Source: Candidatus Omnitrophota bacterium (GTDB taxonomy: Bacteria; Omnitrophota; Omnitrophia; Omnitrophales; Aquincolibacteriaceae). From it: a DNA stretch of 64,000 bases. Made by a program: the position numbers and the translations under genes. Each line of letters begins with the position of its first letter. Position 1 is the stretch's first letter. Location: assembly GCA_043718225.1 (NCBI GenBank), contig JAYSWD010000001.1:49092-113091 (forward strand), read 5' to 3'. Below the pieces are notes generated by a model. That model searched no databases and was not told the DNA's origin. It saw nothing but the letters and a program-made list of their open reading frames with translations. Of the stretch, positions 55,859-64,000 are shown in pieces.

Positions 55859-56485
55859 ATGGATTTTGCGATTCTTTGTTTTTCATCTTTGATGGCGATA
55901 GTCGATCCGATCGGGTTAATACCCGCTTTTTTGGCGATTACCCCGGGAAAGTCCGCCGCCGACCGGGTGCGTATTTCCGCAATGGCCTGCACATTAACCT
56001 TTCTTGTTCTCTCCGTTTTTGCCTTTTTTGGAAAGGTGATTCTCAAGCTGCTTTCGGTTACTTTGCCGGCCTTCCAAATCGCGGGGGGAATACTGCTTTT
56101 TTTCATCGCGATTGATATGTTGAACGCCCGGATGACGGGTGTCAGACAGACCCAGGAAGAACAGGATGAAGGCGCGGATAAAACCGATATTGCCGTCACG
56201 CCGCTGGCGATACCCATGCTCGCCGGGCCCGGTGCGATCACCACGGTCATGATTTTAGCGAATCATGTTACTAGCTGGATGGACGGGATGGTGATGCTGC
56301 TTGCGATTCTATCCGTATCGCTCATTTCATTTTTTGTTTTCTATATGGTTTCGATGCGGGCGACGCTTATAAGCGGCATTGTCCAAAAGATTTTTACTCG
56401 CCTGATGGGGCTTTTGCTGGCCGCCATGTCGGTTCAATTTATCCTGAATGGCTTGGCCGAATCCGGTTTGTTAAGCTCCTTTTAG
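55859..56485 (+). CDS. MarC-family (UPF0056) membrane protein
   Basis: MDFAILCFSSLMAIVDPIGLIPAFLAIT, six TM segments. Confidence 0.75.
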   Translation: MDFAILCFSSLMAIVDPIGLIPAFLAITPGKSAADRVRISAMACTLTFLVLSVFAFFGKVILKLLSVTLPAFQIAGGILLFFIAIDMLNARMTGVRQTQEEQDEGADKTDIAVTPLAIPMLAGPGAITTVMILANHVTSWMDGMVMLLAILSVSLISFFVFYMVSMRATLISGIVQKIFTRLMGLLLAAMSVQFILNGLAESGLLSSF

Positions 56486-56574
56486 TCCGCAATTTACTTT
56501 TACCCCCCTCCCATGTAATATAGCGCTCCCGTTTCGGGCGATTGACGCTTTTATTGTTAGTTAAGGAGGACATT

Positions 56575-57195
56575 ATGATTGAATTATATTATGCCGCGCC
56601 GTCGATTTATGGCCGCAAAGTTTTGGCTGTTTTGGATGAAAAGAACCTGGATTACACAATTAAAAATATCGCTTGGGGCGACAATAAAAAAGAAGAATAT
56701 TTGAAGCTTAATCCCAACGGTGAGTTTCCGACAATGACCGATGACGGGGAGACTATCTATGAGTCAACCGCGATCATTGAGTATCTGAACGATGAATATC
56801 CCGAGCCCGCGCTTTTGCCGGAAGCTTCCGCGGAACGCGCCCGCGTCCGTATCGTCAGTGCTTATTGCGATTTGCATTTTTACAAGGCGGTCATTAAATG
56901 CGTCCTCAAAAAACGCGCGAACGAAGAAATCACGGAAGAATTAATCGCGGGCGTTGCCGAAGGCGTGAAGCGTCTTGATACTTATCTCGGCAAGCAAGAA
57001 TATATCGCCGGAAAATTTTCTTTAGCGGATTGCACCGTCATGGCGGGGCTGGCTTCTTTGGAGGGGCTCGCAATAGCCGACAAAGTCGGTATCACGCCTA
57101 AGCTTCGCCAATATTGGGATCGTCTGAAAAGACGCCCCGGCTATAAAGGCGCTAGTCTTTTTACCGTCAAAGAAGAAACTGTCGTATCACAATAA
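56575..57195 (+). CDS. glutathione S-transferase family protein
   Basis: A GST N-terminal thioredoxin-like fold (IELYYAAPSIYGRKV) and C-terminal helical domain. The Met at 56575 follows an RBS AAGGAGGA. Confidence 0.7.
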   Translation: MIELYYAAPSIYGRKVLAVLDEKNLDYTIKNIAWGDNKKEEYLKLNPNGEFPTMTDDGETIYESTAIIEYLNDEYPEPALLPEASAERARVRIVSAYCDLHFYKAVIKCVLKKRANEEITEELIAGVAEGVKRLDTYLGKQEYIAGKFSLADCTVMAGLASLEGLAIADKVGITPKLRQYWDRLKRRPGYKGASLFTVKEETVVSQ

Positions 57196-57257
57196 AAAGC
57201 AGGCTCTTTATGTCAAGAGCTGTTCATTCCAACACAATAACTGGAAGGATATAGCAG

Positions 57258-57677
57258 ATGAAAGTTTTGAAGGAATTTAAAGACTTCGCGATGAAGGGCA
57301 ATGTGGTCGATATGGCTGTCGGTGTCATTATCGGCGGCGCGTTCGGAAAAATCGTAAGTTCGCTCGTCAATGACATCATCATGCCGCCTATCGGCAAGCT
57401 TCTAGGCGGTGTGGATTTCACCAGCTTGTTTATCGATATGAGCGGTGTCGGATACGCTTCATTGGCCGAGGCCCAGAAGGCCGGCGCCGCGACGATTAAT
57501 TACGGTGTGTTCTTGAACACGATTATTAATTTCGTTATTGTCGCCTTCTGTTTGTTCCTTGTGATCAAAGGCATGAATGCGCTGAAGAAAAAAGAAGAGG
57601 CCAAACCCGGAGTTCCGGTTGCGGCGCCGCGTAATGAAATCTTGCTTGAAGAAATCCGCGACCTGTTACGTAAATAA
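57258..57677 (+). CDS. mscL: large-conductance mechanosensitive channel
   Basis: [33 protein letters not shown] signature. Confidence 0.9.
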   Translation: MKVLKEFKDFAMKGNVVDMAVGVIIGGAFGKIVSSLVNDIIMPPIGKLLGGVDFTSLFIDMSGVGYASLAEAQKAGAATINYGVFLNTIINFVIVAFCLFLVIKGMNALKKKEEAKPGVPVAAPRNEILLEEIRDLLRK

Positions 57678-57681
57678 TTAA

Positions 57682-57701
57682 CTCTGCGCTACGCGCAACC
57701 G
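57682..57701 (+). repeat. Family A repeat
   Basis: ctctgcgctacgcgcaaccg. Confidence 0.7.
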
Positions 57702-57710
57702 TAAATTACT

Positions 57711-57741
57711 AGGGCGGCGCTAATAGCGCCGCCCTTTTTTA
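57711..57741 (+). terminator. Rho-independent terminator after mscL
   Basis: agggcggcgctaatagcgccgcccttttttt: an 11 bp GC stem plus T6. Confidence 0.85.
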
Positions 57742-57757
57742 TTTAACCTAAGAAAAA

Positions 57758-57793
57758 CTCCCGGGGTTAGGAGTGATCTCCTAACCCCGGGAG
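57758..57793. promoter_or_regulatory. Perfect 14 bp inverted repeat upstream of the MFS transporter gene
   Basis: ctcccggggttagg agtgatct cctaaccccgggag, with no T-run. Confidence 0.4.
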
Positions 57794-57823
57794 TTGAGAT
57801 GGTTCAGAATGAAATTATTTTCG

Positions 57824-57845
57824 TGGTTGAGCCATAGGCTCAGAA
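57824..57845 (-). repeat. Family A repeat, reverse orientation
   Basis: tggttgagccataggctcagaa. Confidence 0.7.
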
Positions 57846-57865
57846 CAAAAGCAACACTGATCTGG

Positions 57866-59170
57866 ATGCCGGAAAAACACCGTAAAAGCCTCGAGGCTTC
57901 CTGGAAGGAAGGCATTCCCGGCAATATCATGCTGACCTTGACGGAGTTCTATCTTACGCCTTACGCGCTTTTCCTCGGCGCGCCGCATGCCGCGATCGGT
58001 ATGCTCGTGGCATGGCCCAGCCTGTTAGGGTCTTTTTTCCAATTATTCGCGGCGGAAAGAGTTCGGCACGCCAAGAGCCGGCTGAAATTTTTGATTACCA
58101 TGGCCCGCGTTCAGGGATTTTTACTGATAGCGTCCGCGGGACTTTGTTTTTGGAAAGGCATGATTCCGGTTTTTATTTTAACGCTGATTACGGTTTTATT
58201 TAAAATCGTCGGCAACTGGATCGCCGCCGCCTGGGGCAGTTTGATGAGCGATTATCTTGAACCGCATGAACGCGGGCGCTATATGGGCGACCGCCAATTG
58301 ATTGTCGGGCTGGCTGGAATGGCGGCTTTATTTACCGCGGGAATTTTTCTGGATTGGGTTCGCCCTTATTCCGCACGGCTTGGATTCGGCCTGCTTTTTC
58401 TTTTGACCGGAATAGCAAGGCTGATTTCAGCGCATCTTTTTCGCCATATGGAAGATATTCCTTATGAAGAAAAACCCGAAAGCCGGTTTACGTTTTGGAT
58501 GTTTATCAAACGTTTTCGGCAAAGCAACTTCGTCAGGTTCGTCATGTTTTCGGCGGGAATTATGTTCGCGACGCAGATTTCCGCGCCCTACTTCGGTGTT
58601 TATATGCTGGAAGATTTAAAATTTAATTATTTCCAGTACATGTCTATTTACCTGGTGGTTATCATCGCCGTTCTGGCCGGCTCGCCGTTATGGGGCCGCA
58701 TTGCCGATCGTGTGGGCAATGCGCGCGTGCTTAAATTAACGGGCGGATTGATTCCGCTTATTCCGCTTCTCTGGTGCCTTTCGACGAACTGGTATTTTTT
58801 GCTCGCCGTCCAGATGTTCGGCGGATTTATTTGGGGCGGTTACAACCTTTGCTCCGCCAATTTTATTTTGGACAGCGTCCGGCCCGAAAAGCGCGTGCGC
58901 TGTTTAAGTTATTTCAATCTGATCAGCGGCACGGCACTTTTTTTAGGCGCGTCTTTGGGAGGCTTTCTCGCGGAACGGCTTCCACCGCTGAACGGGTACT
59001 CGATGATCACTTTATTTTTGGTTTCAGGTATATTGCGGCTTTTTTTCTATGCGCTTCCGCTGAACCGTTTTAAGGAAGTACGCGCGCATGTGCAGAAGGT
59101 TTCAAGCCGGGAATTATTTTTCAGCGTGCTCGGAATTCAGGTAACGCCTTCGGCCCAAGAGCAGGATTAA
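57866..59170 (+). CDS. MFS-family transporter
   Basis: Twelve predicted TM segments and an MFS-like loop motif. The start at 57866 is downstream of a reverse Family A repeat. Confidence 0.65.
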   Translation: MPEKHRKSLEASWKEGIPGNIMLTLTEFYLTPYALFLGAPHAAIGMLVAWPSLLGSFFQLFAAERVRHAKSRLKFLITMARVQGFLLIASAGLCFWKGMIPVFILTLITVLFKIVGNWIAAAWGSLMSDYLEPHERGRYMGDRQLIVGLAGMAALFTAGIFLDWVRPYSARLGFGLLFLLTGIARLISAHLFRHMEDIPYEEKPESRFTFWMFIKRFRQSNFVRFVMFSAGIMFATQISAPYFGVYMLEDLKFNYFQYMSIYLVVIIAVLAGSPLWGRIADRVGNARVLKLTGGLIPLIPLLWCLSTNWYFLLAVQMFGGFIWGGYNLCSANFILDSVRPEKRVRCLSYFNLISGTALFLGASLGGFLAERLPPLNGYSMITLFLVSGILRLFFYALPLNRFKEVRAHVQKVSSRELFFSVLGIQVTPSAQEQD

Positions 59171-59181
59171 CAGCAGTGGAA

Positions 59182-60123
59182 TTAAAAGGAACCGGGCCGC
59201 GGGTCATGGGGTTCGCCGGGCTTTTTATGCAATATCGAAACAAGAATTGACACCCCGATCAGCCCCGCCACGACCCCAAGCGAAATGCCGATCGGAATAT
59301 GATAGTAATGCGAAATCAGCATTTTGACGCCGATGAAAGCCAGTACCGCGGAAAGCCCGAATTTTAAATATTCGAACATTTTAATGACGCCTGCCAAAGC
59401 GAAATAAAGCGACCGCAGTCCAAGAATCGCAAAAATATTCGAAGTGTAAACAATAAAAGAATCTTTGCTGATCGCAAGCACCGCCGGAATCGAATCCATG
59501 GCAAAAACAAGATCGGTGAGCTCAACGCAGATCAAAGCGACAAACAGCGGCGTGATGAATGTCTTGCCGTCGATTTTTAGAATAAACCGCCCGTTCTCGG
59601 CGTTAGGCGCGACCGGAAACATTTTCGTGACGAGTTTCAAGACGGGGTTTTTTTCGGGATGCATTTCCTTTTCTTTTTCAAAAGCCATTTTCAGGCCGGT
59701 ATAAAGCAGGAAAGCGCCAAAAATATAAATAATAAAATGGAATTTATTGATGAGAAAAAGGCCGGCTGTAATAAAGAAAGCGCGCATTACTAGCGCGCCG
59801 AGAATGCCCCAGAATAAAATTTTATGCTGATATTGGTCCGGTACGCGGAAATATTGAAAAATGAGAATGAAAACAAAGAGATTGTCTACGGACAAGGATT
59901 CTTCAATCAAGTACGCGGCAAAAAACTCCAAGGCGGATTGCTGGCCTTTAACAAAAAAGACACCGATTCCGAAAAGAACGGCCAGCGAAATCCAAAAGGC
60001 GCTTTGCCATAAAGCCTCTTTAACTTTTATGGCATGCGGCCGCTTATGCATAAGGGTTAGATCCAGCGTCAAAAGTGTAATGACGGCGGCATTAAATAAA
60101 ATCCAAGGCCAAAGGGTATTCAT
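59182..60123 (-). CDS. TerC-family integral membrane protein
   Basis: TerC signature (ESLSVDNLFVF, DLVFAMDSIPAVLAI). Confidence 0.75.
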   Translation of the reverse strand: MNTLWPWILFNAAVITLLTLDLTLMHKRPHAIKVKEALWQSAFWISLAVLFGIGVFFVKGQQSALEFFAAYLIEESLSVDNLFVFILIFQYFRVPDQYQHKILFWGILGALVMRAFFITAGLFLINKFHFIIYIFGAFLLYTGLKMAFEKEKEMHPEKNPVLKLVTKMFPVAPNAENGRFILKIDGKTFITPLFVALICVELTDLVFAMDSIPAVLAISKDSFIVYTSNIFAILGLRSLYFALAGVIKMFEYLKFGLSAVLAFIGVKMLISHYYHIPIGISLGVVAGLIGVSILVSILHKKPGEPHDPRPGSF

Positions 60124-60207
60124 GGGGAGAGATCATAACTGCCGTTTGACTTCCAATCAAGTGAGAATAGAATAAGCCCTGTTATAAACAAGTTTTTGGG
60201 AGGAATT

Positions 60208-60675
60208 ATGAAGATTGATATCGGAATTGAAAAAAAGGACCGCAAAGAAATCGCCGACGGGCTTTCGAAGCTGCTGGCAGACACTTACACGCTTTATCTT
60301 AAAACGCATAATTTTCATTGGAATGTAACGGGGCCGATGTTCCAAACATTACATCTTATGTTTGAAACGCAATACAACGAACTTGCGCTTGCGGTTGATT
60401 TAATCGCGGAACGAATCCGTGCTTTGGGTTTTCCCGCGCCGGGAAGCTATAAAGAGTTTTCCAAGCTGGCCTCGATTAAAGAAGCGAGCGGTGTTCCCAA
60501 AGCCACCGATATGATCCGTCAGCTGGTTGACGGGCAGGAAGCGGTTGTTCGAACCGCGCGCGCGGTATTTCCCGCGGTGGAACGGGTGAGCGATGAACCG
60601 ACGGCGGATCTTTTAACGCAGCGCATGCAGATACACGAAAAAACGGCTTGGATGCTGAGAAGTTTAATAAGCTGA
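60208..60675 (+). CDS. dps: Dps (DNA protection during starvation) ferritin-like protein
   Basis: [23 protein letters not shown] ferroxidase-centre motifs. Confidence 0.85.
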   Translation: MKIDIGIEKKDRKEIADGLSKLLADTYTLYLKTHNFHWNVTGPMFQTLHLMFETQYNELALAVDLIAERIRALGFPAPGSYKEFSKLASIKEASGVPKATDMIRQLVDGQEAVVRTARAVFPAVERVSDEPTADLLTQRMQIHEKTAWMLRSLIS

Positions 60676-60736
60676 TTTTTTCCTGTCATTTCCAGCTTAG
60701 TCGAGAGTCTATAAGGCTCAAAAAAATTCTATCGCT

Positions 60737-60772
60737 GGCTCAAACAGTCCTCGGCTTCGCCTGCGGAACTCG
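60737..60772 (+). repeat. Family D motif, third copy between dps and the R-M island
   Basis: gctcaaacagtcctcggcttcgcctgcggaactcgc, enclosed by the ctcaaaaaaattctatc / gataggatttttttgag stem. Confidence 0.6.
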
Positions 60773-61068
60773 CCATTGATAGGATTTTTTTGAGTTCATC
60801 GCTCAAGGGGTGGAGGCTTAAAAAGGAGAAACAAGGCGAAGAATGCCGAGTTGCTCGAAGGCGCTTTTATTTTATCTGCGGATACCTGCCTCGAATCTTT
60901 GAATAGTTTCCCATCATACGGTCTTTCCTCGATTCCACGCGAATCGCGGAAAGACGGACGTATCTCCGTCCTTTGGCGGAGGCGCTAAAGGAGGCGGGGA
61001 TTGACTCACATGCTGCGCAGTGGTATCAAAATAGTAGTTAGTATTTTTTATTTAAGCCGATAACTCTT

Positions 61069-61680
61069 TTGATGAAAATCATAAAAATAACCACGCTTAT
61101 TGAATCTGGGCCTTTTTCCAAATCAGATATCTTGGAAAAAATTCTTAAAGAAATTTATTCCTCCATCGAGAAAATTGAACACCCAAAAGGATCTGGTAAA
61201 TTTATTTTACATGACCAATGCGGAAAGAAGCGGGGCGAAGGTAATGGCGTTAAACCCATTAAGCTATTGTGCATGAAATTTTTAAAGCAGGCGGGATGGG
61301 AGTTGGAAACCAGAGAGCCGGTATCCTCTGAAAAGCACCCTGGCCCTATCGATGCCGCACTGAAAGTGGCGGGAAGATTATTTTGTTTTGAATGGGAAAC
61401 TGGAAATATTTCGTCTAGCCATAGAGCCTTAAATAAAATGGCAATAGGCATTTTGAAAGGGCGACTTATAGGTGGAGTATTAGTTTTGCCATCAAGGGCA
61501 ATGTATCATTACCTTACCGATCGAGTTGGAAATTTTCAAGAAATAGAGCCTTACTTTCTTTTGTGGAAATCGTTATCTGTTAAAGAGGGTTATCTCGCGG
61601 TAATTGAAATTGAACATGACGGAGTGAGTAAAAAAGTAAAACGAATACCCAAAGGGACAGATGGGCGAGCGTTAAATTAA
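61069..61680 (+). CDS. Type II restriction endonuclease, BamHI-like
   Basis: Collinear similarity to R.BamHI as I remember it, including PID...FEWETGNISSSHRALNKM (the D/E.E catalytic triad), YLTDRVGNFQEIEPYF and IPKGTDG. GC is about 35% against roughly 50% for the window. Confidence 0.7.
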   Translation: MMKIIKITTLIESGPFSKSDILEKILKEIYSSIEKIEHPKGSGKFILHDQCGKKRGEGNGVKPIKLLCMKFLKQAGWELETREPVSSEKHPGPIDAALKVAGRLFCFEWETGNISSSHRALNKMAIGILKGRLIGGVLVLPSRAMYHYLTDRVGNFQEIEPYFLLWKSLSVKEGYLAVIEIEHDGVSKKVKRIPKGTDGRALN

Positions 61681-62829
61681 AAGCAAATTTTCTTTTTTGT
61701 TTTGTTCTATTCGTCTAATGATGGGGAAGCAGTCTTCGATTTCGCACCCAATCCACCGACGCTTTAGTCTTTCTGCTGCATAGTAAGTGGTCCCACCGCC
61801 ACCAAATGGATCAAAAACCAAATCATTTTCCTGAGTCGCAATTTTTAAGACGCGCTCAAGCAATTTGACAGATAATTCATTTGCTGGACGAGCTTTGTTT
61901 TTTTTGTGACGCACAGGAGGAATATCATCCCACACATCTGTAAGATTTAATCCCAACGGATTTAAAAATTTTCTATGCCCGCCATAATCTTTTATATCGC
62001 CACCGCAATGTCTGCATTTTGGAATGGGGACGCGCAGATGATTAAAAGTTTGAGGCTTGCCCTTGGTGAAATAGAGCAAACTGTAGTGCGAGGGGTACAA
62101 ACGGCCCGGAATGGGAAGGGAAAGCTTGATGTTGACGGCGATCCAGTGGCGAAATGTTAATTGTTTAATGAGAAACGAAGAGTAGTAAACATTCCATTTT
62201 GGGATGTTGTATACAAAAAGACTTCCTCCTGGCTTTAATATGCGAACGCATTCTTCCAGCCACTGATATGACCACTGTAAATATTTTTCTTCCGCTAGAT
62301 TGTCGTTAACTTTCGCACCATAGTTTTTATTTAAATTAAATGGCGGGTCAGCAAAAATGCAGTCGATGGATTCAGTGTCAATTTTAGGGAGCAGGTCTAA
62401 ACAGTCGGCTTTATACAATTTTCCCAAAGAGCTTTCATAGATAGGTTGCAATGACTTCTCTTCTTGGATTTCTCTTTCATAGTTATAGACAGAGAAACTT
62501 TCCCGCAAAACAGAGGCAGCTTCTGATGGGTGCTCGTGAAAAATTTTGTAAATATCTTTTGGTAATTTTCCAGTAGCCAGGCGCAGACGATCGATGTCTT
62601 GTTTGAAGTATTTAGATACTTTTTTAAGAAGTTTGTCTGAAGGCGGAACAGAGCCCTTTTCAACTCGGCTTAGATAAGCGTGGTCGACTTGAATTTTTTC
62701 TGAAAACTTTCGAATGCTGAGCTTTTGATTCAATCTAATTTTTTTGATTACATTTTGAGGAGCCAAGATTTCTCCAGGTGTTGACTTGATTTGTCCACAC
62801 ATTGTTGCATTTTTAAGACGACCTTGCAA
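61672..62829 (-). CDS. DNA methyltransferase (beta-class amino-MTase, N4-cytosine or N6-adenine) with an N-terminal XRE-type HTH
   Basis: Motif IV DPPF (IFADPPFNLN) precedes motif I FDPFGGGGTT, which marks the beta class. The N-terminal IKKIRLNQKLSIRKFSEKIQVDHAYLSRVEKG is an HTH. The gene is convergent with the R gene and overlaps it. Confidence 0.75.
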   Translation of the reverse strand: MQGRLKNATMCGQIKSTPGEILAPQNVIKKIRLNQKLSIRKFSEKIQVDHAYLSRVEKGSVPPSDKLLKKVSKYFKQDIDRLRLATGKLPKDIYKIFHEHPSEAASVLRESFSVYNYEREIQEEKSLQPIYESSLGKLYKADCLDLLPKIDTESIDCIFADPPFNLNKNYGAKVNDNLAEEKYLQWSYQWLEECVRILKPGGSLFVYNIPKWNVYYSSFLIKQLTFRHWIAVNIKLSLPIPGRLYPSHYSLLYFTKGKPQTFNHLRVPIPKCRHCGGDIKDYGGHRKFLNPLGLNLTDVWDDIPPVRHKKNKARPANELSVKLLERVLKIATQENDLVFDPFGGGGTTYYAAERLKRRWIGCEIEDCFPIIRRIEQNKKENLLLI

Positions 62830-62870
62830 ATACTTTTCTTAAGAGATCGGCAAAATTTGGAGTATTTTCC

Positions 62871-62946
62871 TGACTGCCGGTCGGCAGACAAAAGTATTTC
62901 GAATTAGTCTTTGGTCGTTGGTCCCTTCCCTGCCGGCAGGCAAGGG
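62871..62946. repeat. Two Family E GC palindromes at the right border of the R-M island
   Basis: tgactgccggtcggcagaca and cccttccctgccggcaggcaaggg. Confidence 0.5.
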
Positions 62947-62958
62947 ATAATCGTGAGT

Positions 62959-64000
62959 CTAGCTGACTTGCAGCAGCAGGCCTTTGAGGTATTCGCCTTC
63001 GGGGTGATAAATCGAAACTGGATGGTCGAGAGCATGGCCGGTTTTGGTGAGGATTTTCACCGCGCGCTTCGCGTCTTTTGCGGCACCGAAGATAATCTTT
63101 TGAAATAAATCCGGGCTAATAAATGAAGAGCAAGATGCCGTATAAAGAAAACCACCAGACGCAATCTTCTTCATAGCTTCCAAATTAATATCTTTGTAGC
63201 CGCGCGCGGCCTGTTGAATTTGGTTTTTGTTTTTACAGAAAGCCGGAGGATCCAAAATAATCAGGTCGGGTTCAAAAACATTTTCCCTTAAAAACTCAAA
63301 GACGTCTCTTTTTTCAATAAAGTGCGGAATCTTTGGAAAGTTAAGGCGCATATTCTCTTCGGCGGCTTCTGTGGCGAATTCAGAAATATCGACGGACATA
63401 ATTTCTTTGGCATGGCCGGCGGCCGCGGCGACCGAGAACCCGCCGCTATAACAAAAACAATCGAGAACTTTTCTGTCTTTCGCGATGCCGCGGATCAAAT
63501 TTCTGTTTTCGCGTTGATCTAAAAAGAAGCCCGTTTTCTGAGTCGTTTTCCAGTCAATCAAAAAATGCAGCGCATTTTCTGAAATTTCTGTTTGATCGGG
63601 AAGCGTTCCCGCCAAAATAGTATTTTCATTTTTTAAGCCTTCCAATTCACGTTCTTTCATGCCTTTTTCAAAAACGGCGCGGAGCGGAAAAAGATTTTTA
63701 AAAACTGAGAGAATTTCCTTTTTGTATTTATCTATGCCCGCGGTTGAAAATTGCAATACAAGAACATCGCAATAAAGGTCGGCGGTTAACCCGGGCAATC
63801 CGTCGCCCTCGGAATTAATTAACCGGCAGGCGTTTGTTTGATTATTTAAAATTTGGATTTTGCGCAGCGAAACCGCGGACTCAATTTTATTTTTTAAAAA
63901 ATCCGTGTTAATTTCGGTTTTTTCGAATGCCAGCATGCGGACCGTGATTTGAGATTTGGGATTAAAGTAGCCGATTCCTAAAAAGTCGCCCGAAGCCGAT
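62959..64000 (-). CDS. rlmI: 23S rRNA m5C methyltransferase RlmI-like (PUA plus SAM-MTase); the 5' end continues beyond the window
   Basis: LDCFCYSGGFSVAAA, DLIILDPPAFCK, a PUA-like N-terminal region. The reading frame stays open past 64000 and aligns with E. coli RlmI. Confidence 0.75.
   Translation of the reverse strand, partial: SASGDFLGIGYFNPKSQITVRMLAFEKTEINTDFLKNKIESAVSLRKIQILNNQTNACRLINSEGDGLPGLTADLYCDVLVLQFSTAGIDKYKKEILSVFKNLFPLRAVFEKGMKERELEGLKNENTILAGTLPDQTEISENALHFLIDWKTTQKTGFFLDQRENRNLIRGIAKDRKVLDCFCYSGGFSVAAAAGHAKEIMSVDISEFATEAAEENMRLNFPKIPHFIEKRDVFEFLRENVFEPDLIILDPPAFCKNKNQIQQAARGYKDINLEAMKKIASGGFLYTASCSSFISPDLFQKIIFGAAKDAKRAVKILTKTGHALDHPVSIYHPEGEYLKGLLLQVS

Noticed and set aside
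1-64000. CRISPR array, rRNA genes or prophage structural genes
   Set aside because: There is no regularly spaced 25-40 nt direct-repeat array, no 16S/23S/5S signatures, and no capsid, terminase or integrase ORFs.

Overview
This 64 kb window reads as a chromosomal segment of a diderm bacterium of about 50% GC, probably from a poorly characterised lineage. I count about 59 protein-coding genes and two tRNAs (Ser-CGA, Gly-TCC); there are no rRNAs and no CRISPR array. The first ~51 kb carries 47 consecutive genes and both tRNAs on the + strand, and the last 13 kb alternates strands. Most genes are housekeeping: polA (3' part), coaE, rho, rpmE, prfA-prmC, murA, rpsP-trmD-rplS-rnhB-yraN, a pabB-pabC-purH-folC folate/purine block, mnmE, dnaX-recR, nusA-infB-rbfA-truB-ribF, psd-pssA, rpsO-pnp, dut, ftsK, phoB-phoR, queH, hemH, rmuC, mscL, terC and dps. 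Accessory content is an alternative-oxidase-like di-iron protein, two tandem CHASE2-like GGDEF cyclases, an HExxH lipoprotein, an Omp85-type barrel next to a large secreted protein, and a low-GC BamHI-like restriction-modification island (61.0-62.9 kb). The island's methyltransferase carries an N-terminal HTH.

The most unusual property is the density of small repeat families.
- Family A is a 22-26 nt hairpin motif, CTCTG-RGC-loop-GCY-CAACCGC, present in at least 27 copies. Several copies sit in-frame inside coding sequences, where they mostly read ..AQP..: prmC, ribF and trmD, plus the C-terminal tails of rnhB and nusA.
- Family B is a ~105 nt GC-rich structured element flanked by A5/T5 runs, in nine copies, always in + orientation directly behind + strand genes, so it looks terminator-associated.
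- Family C is a ~170 nt element downstream of both tRNAs; one copy ends in a near-copy of the tRNA-Ser 3' end.
- Family D is a 35 nt motif that forms the inverted ends of a ~410 bp non-coding element and recurs next to the restriction-modification island.
- Family E is a set of CTGCCGGCAG-type GC palindromes.

Other regulatory oddities include mirrored GTGAC repeat arrays filling the dnaX-recR spacer, direct repeats and palindromes upstream of phoB, an attenuator-like hairpin in the nusA leader, and extended −10 boxes abutting the pabB and dnaX start codons.
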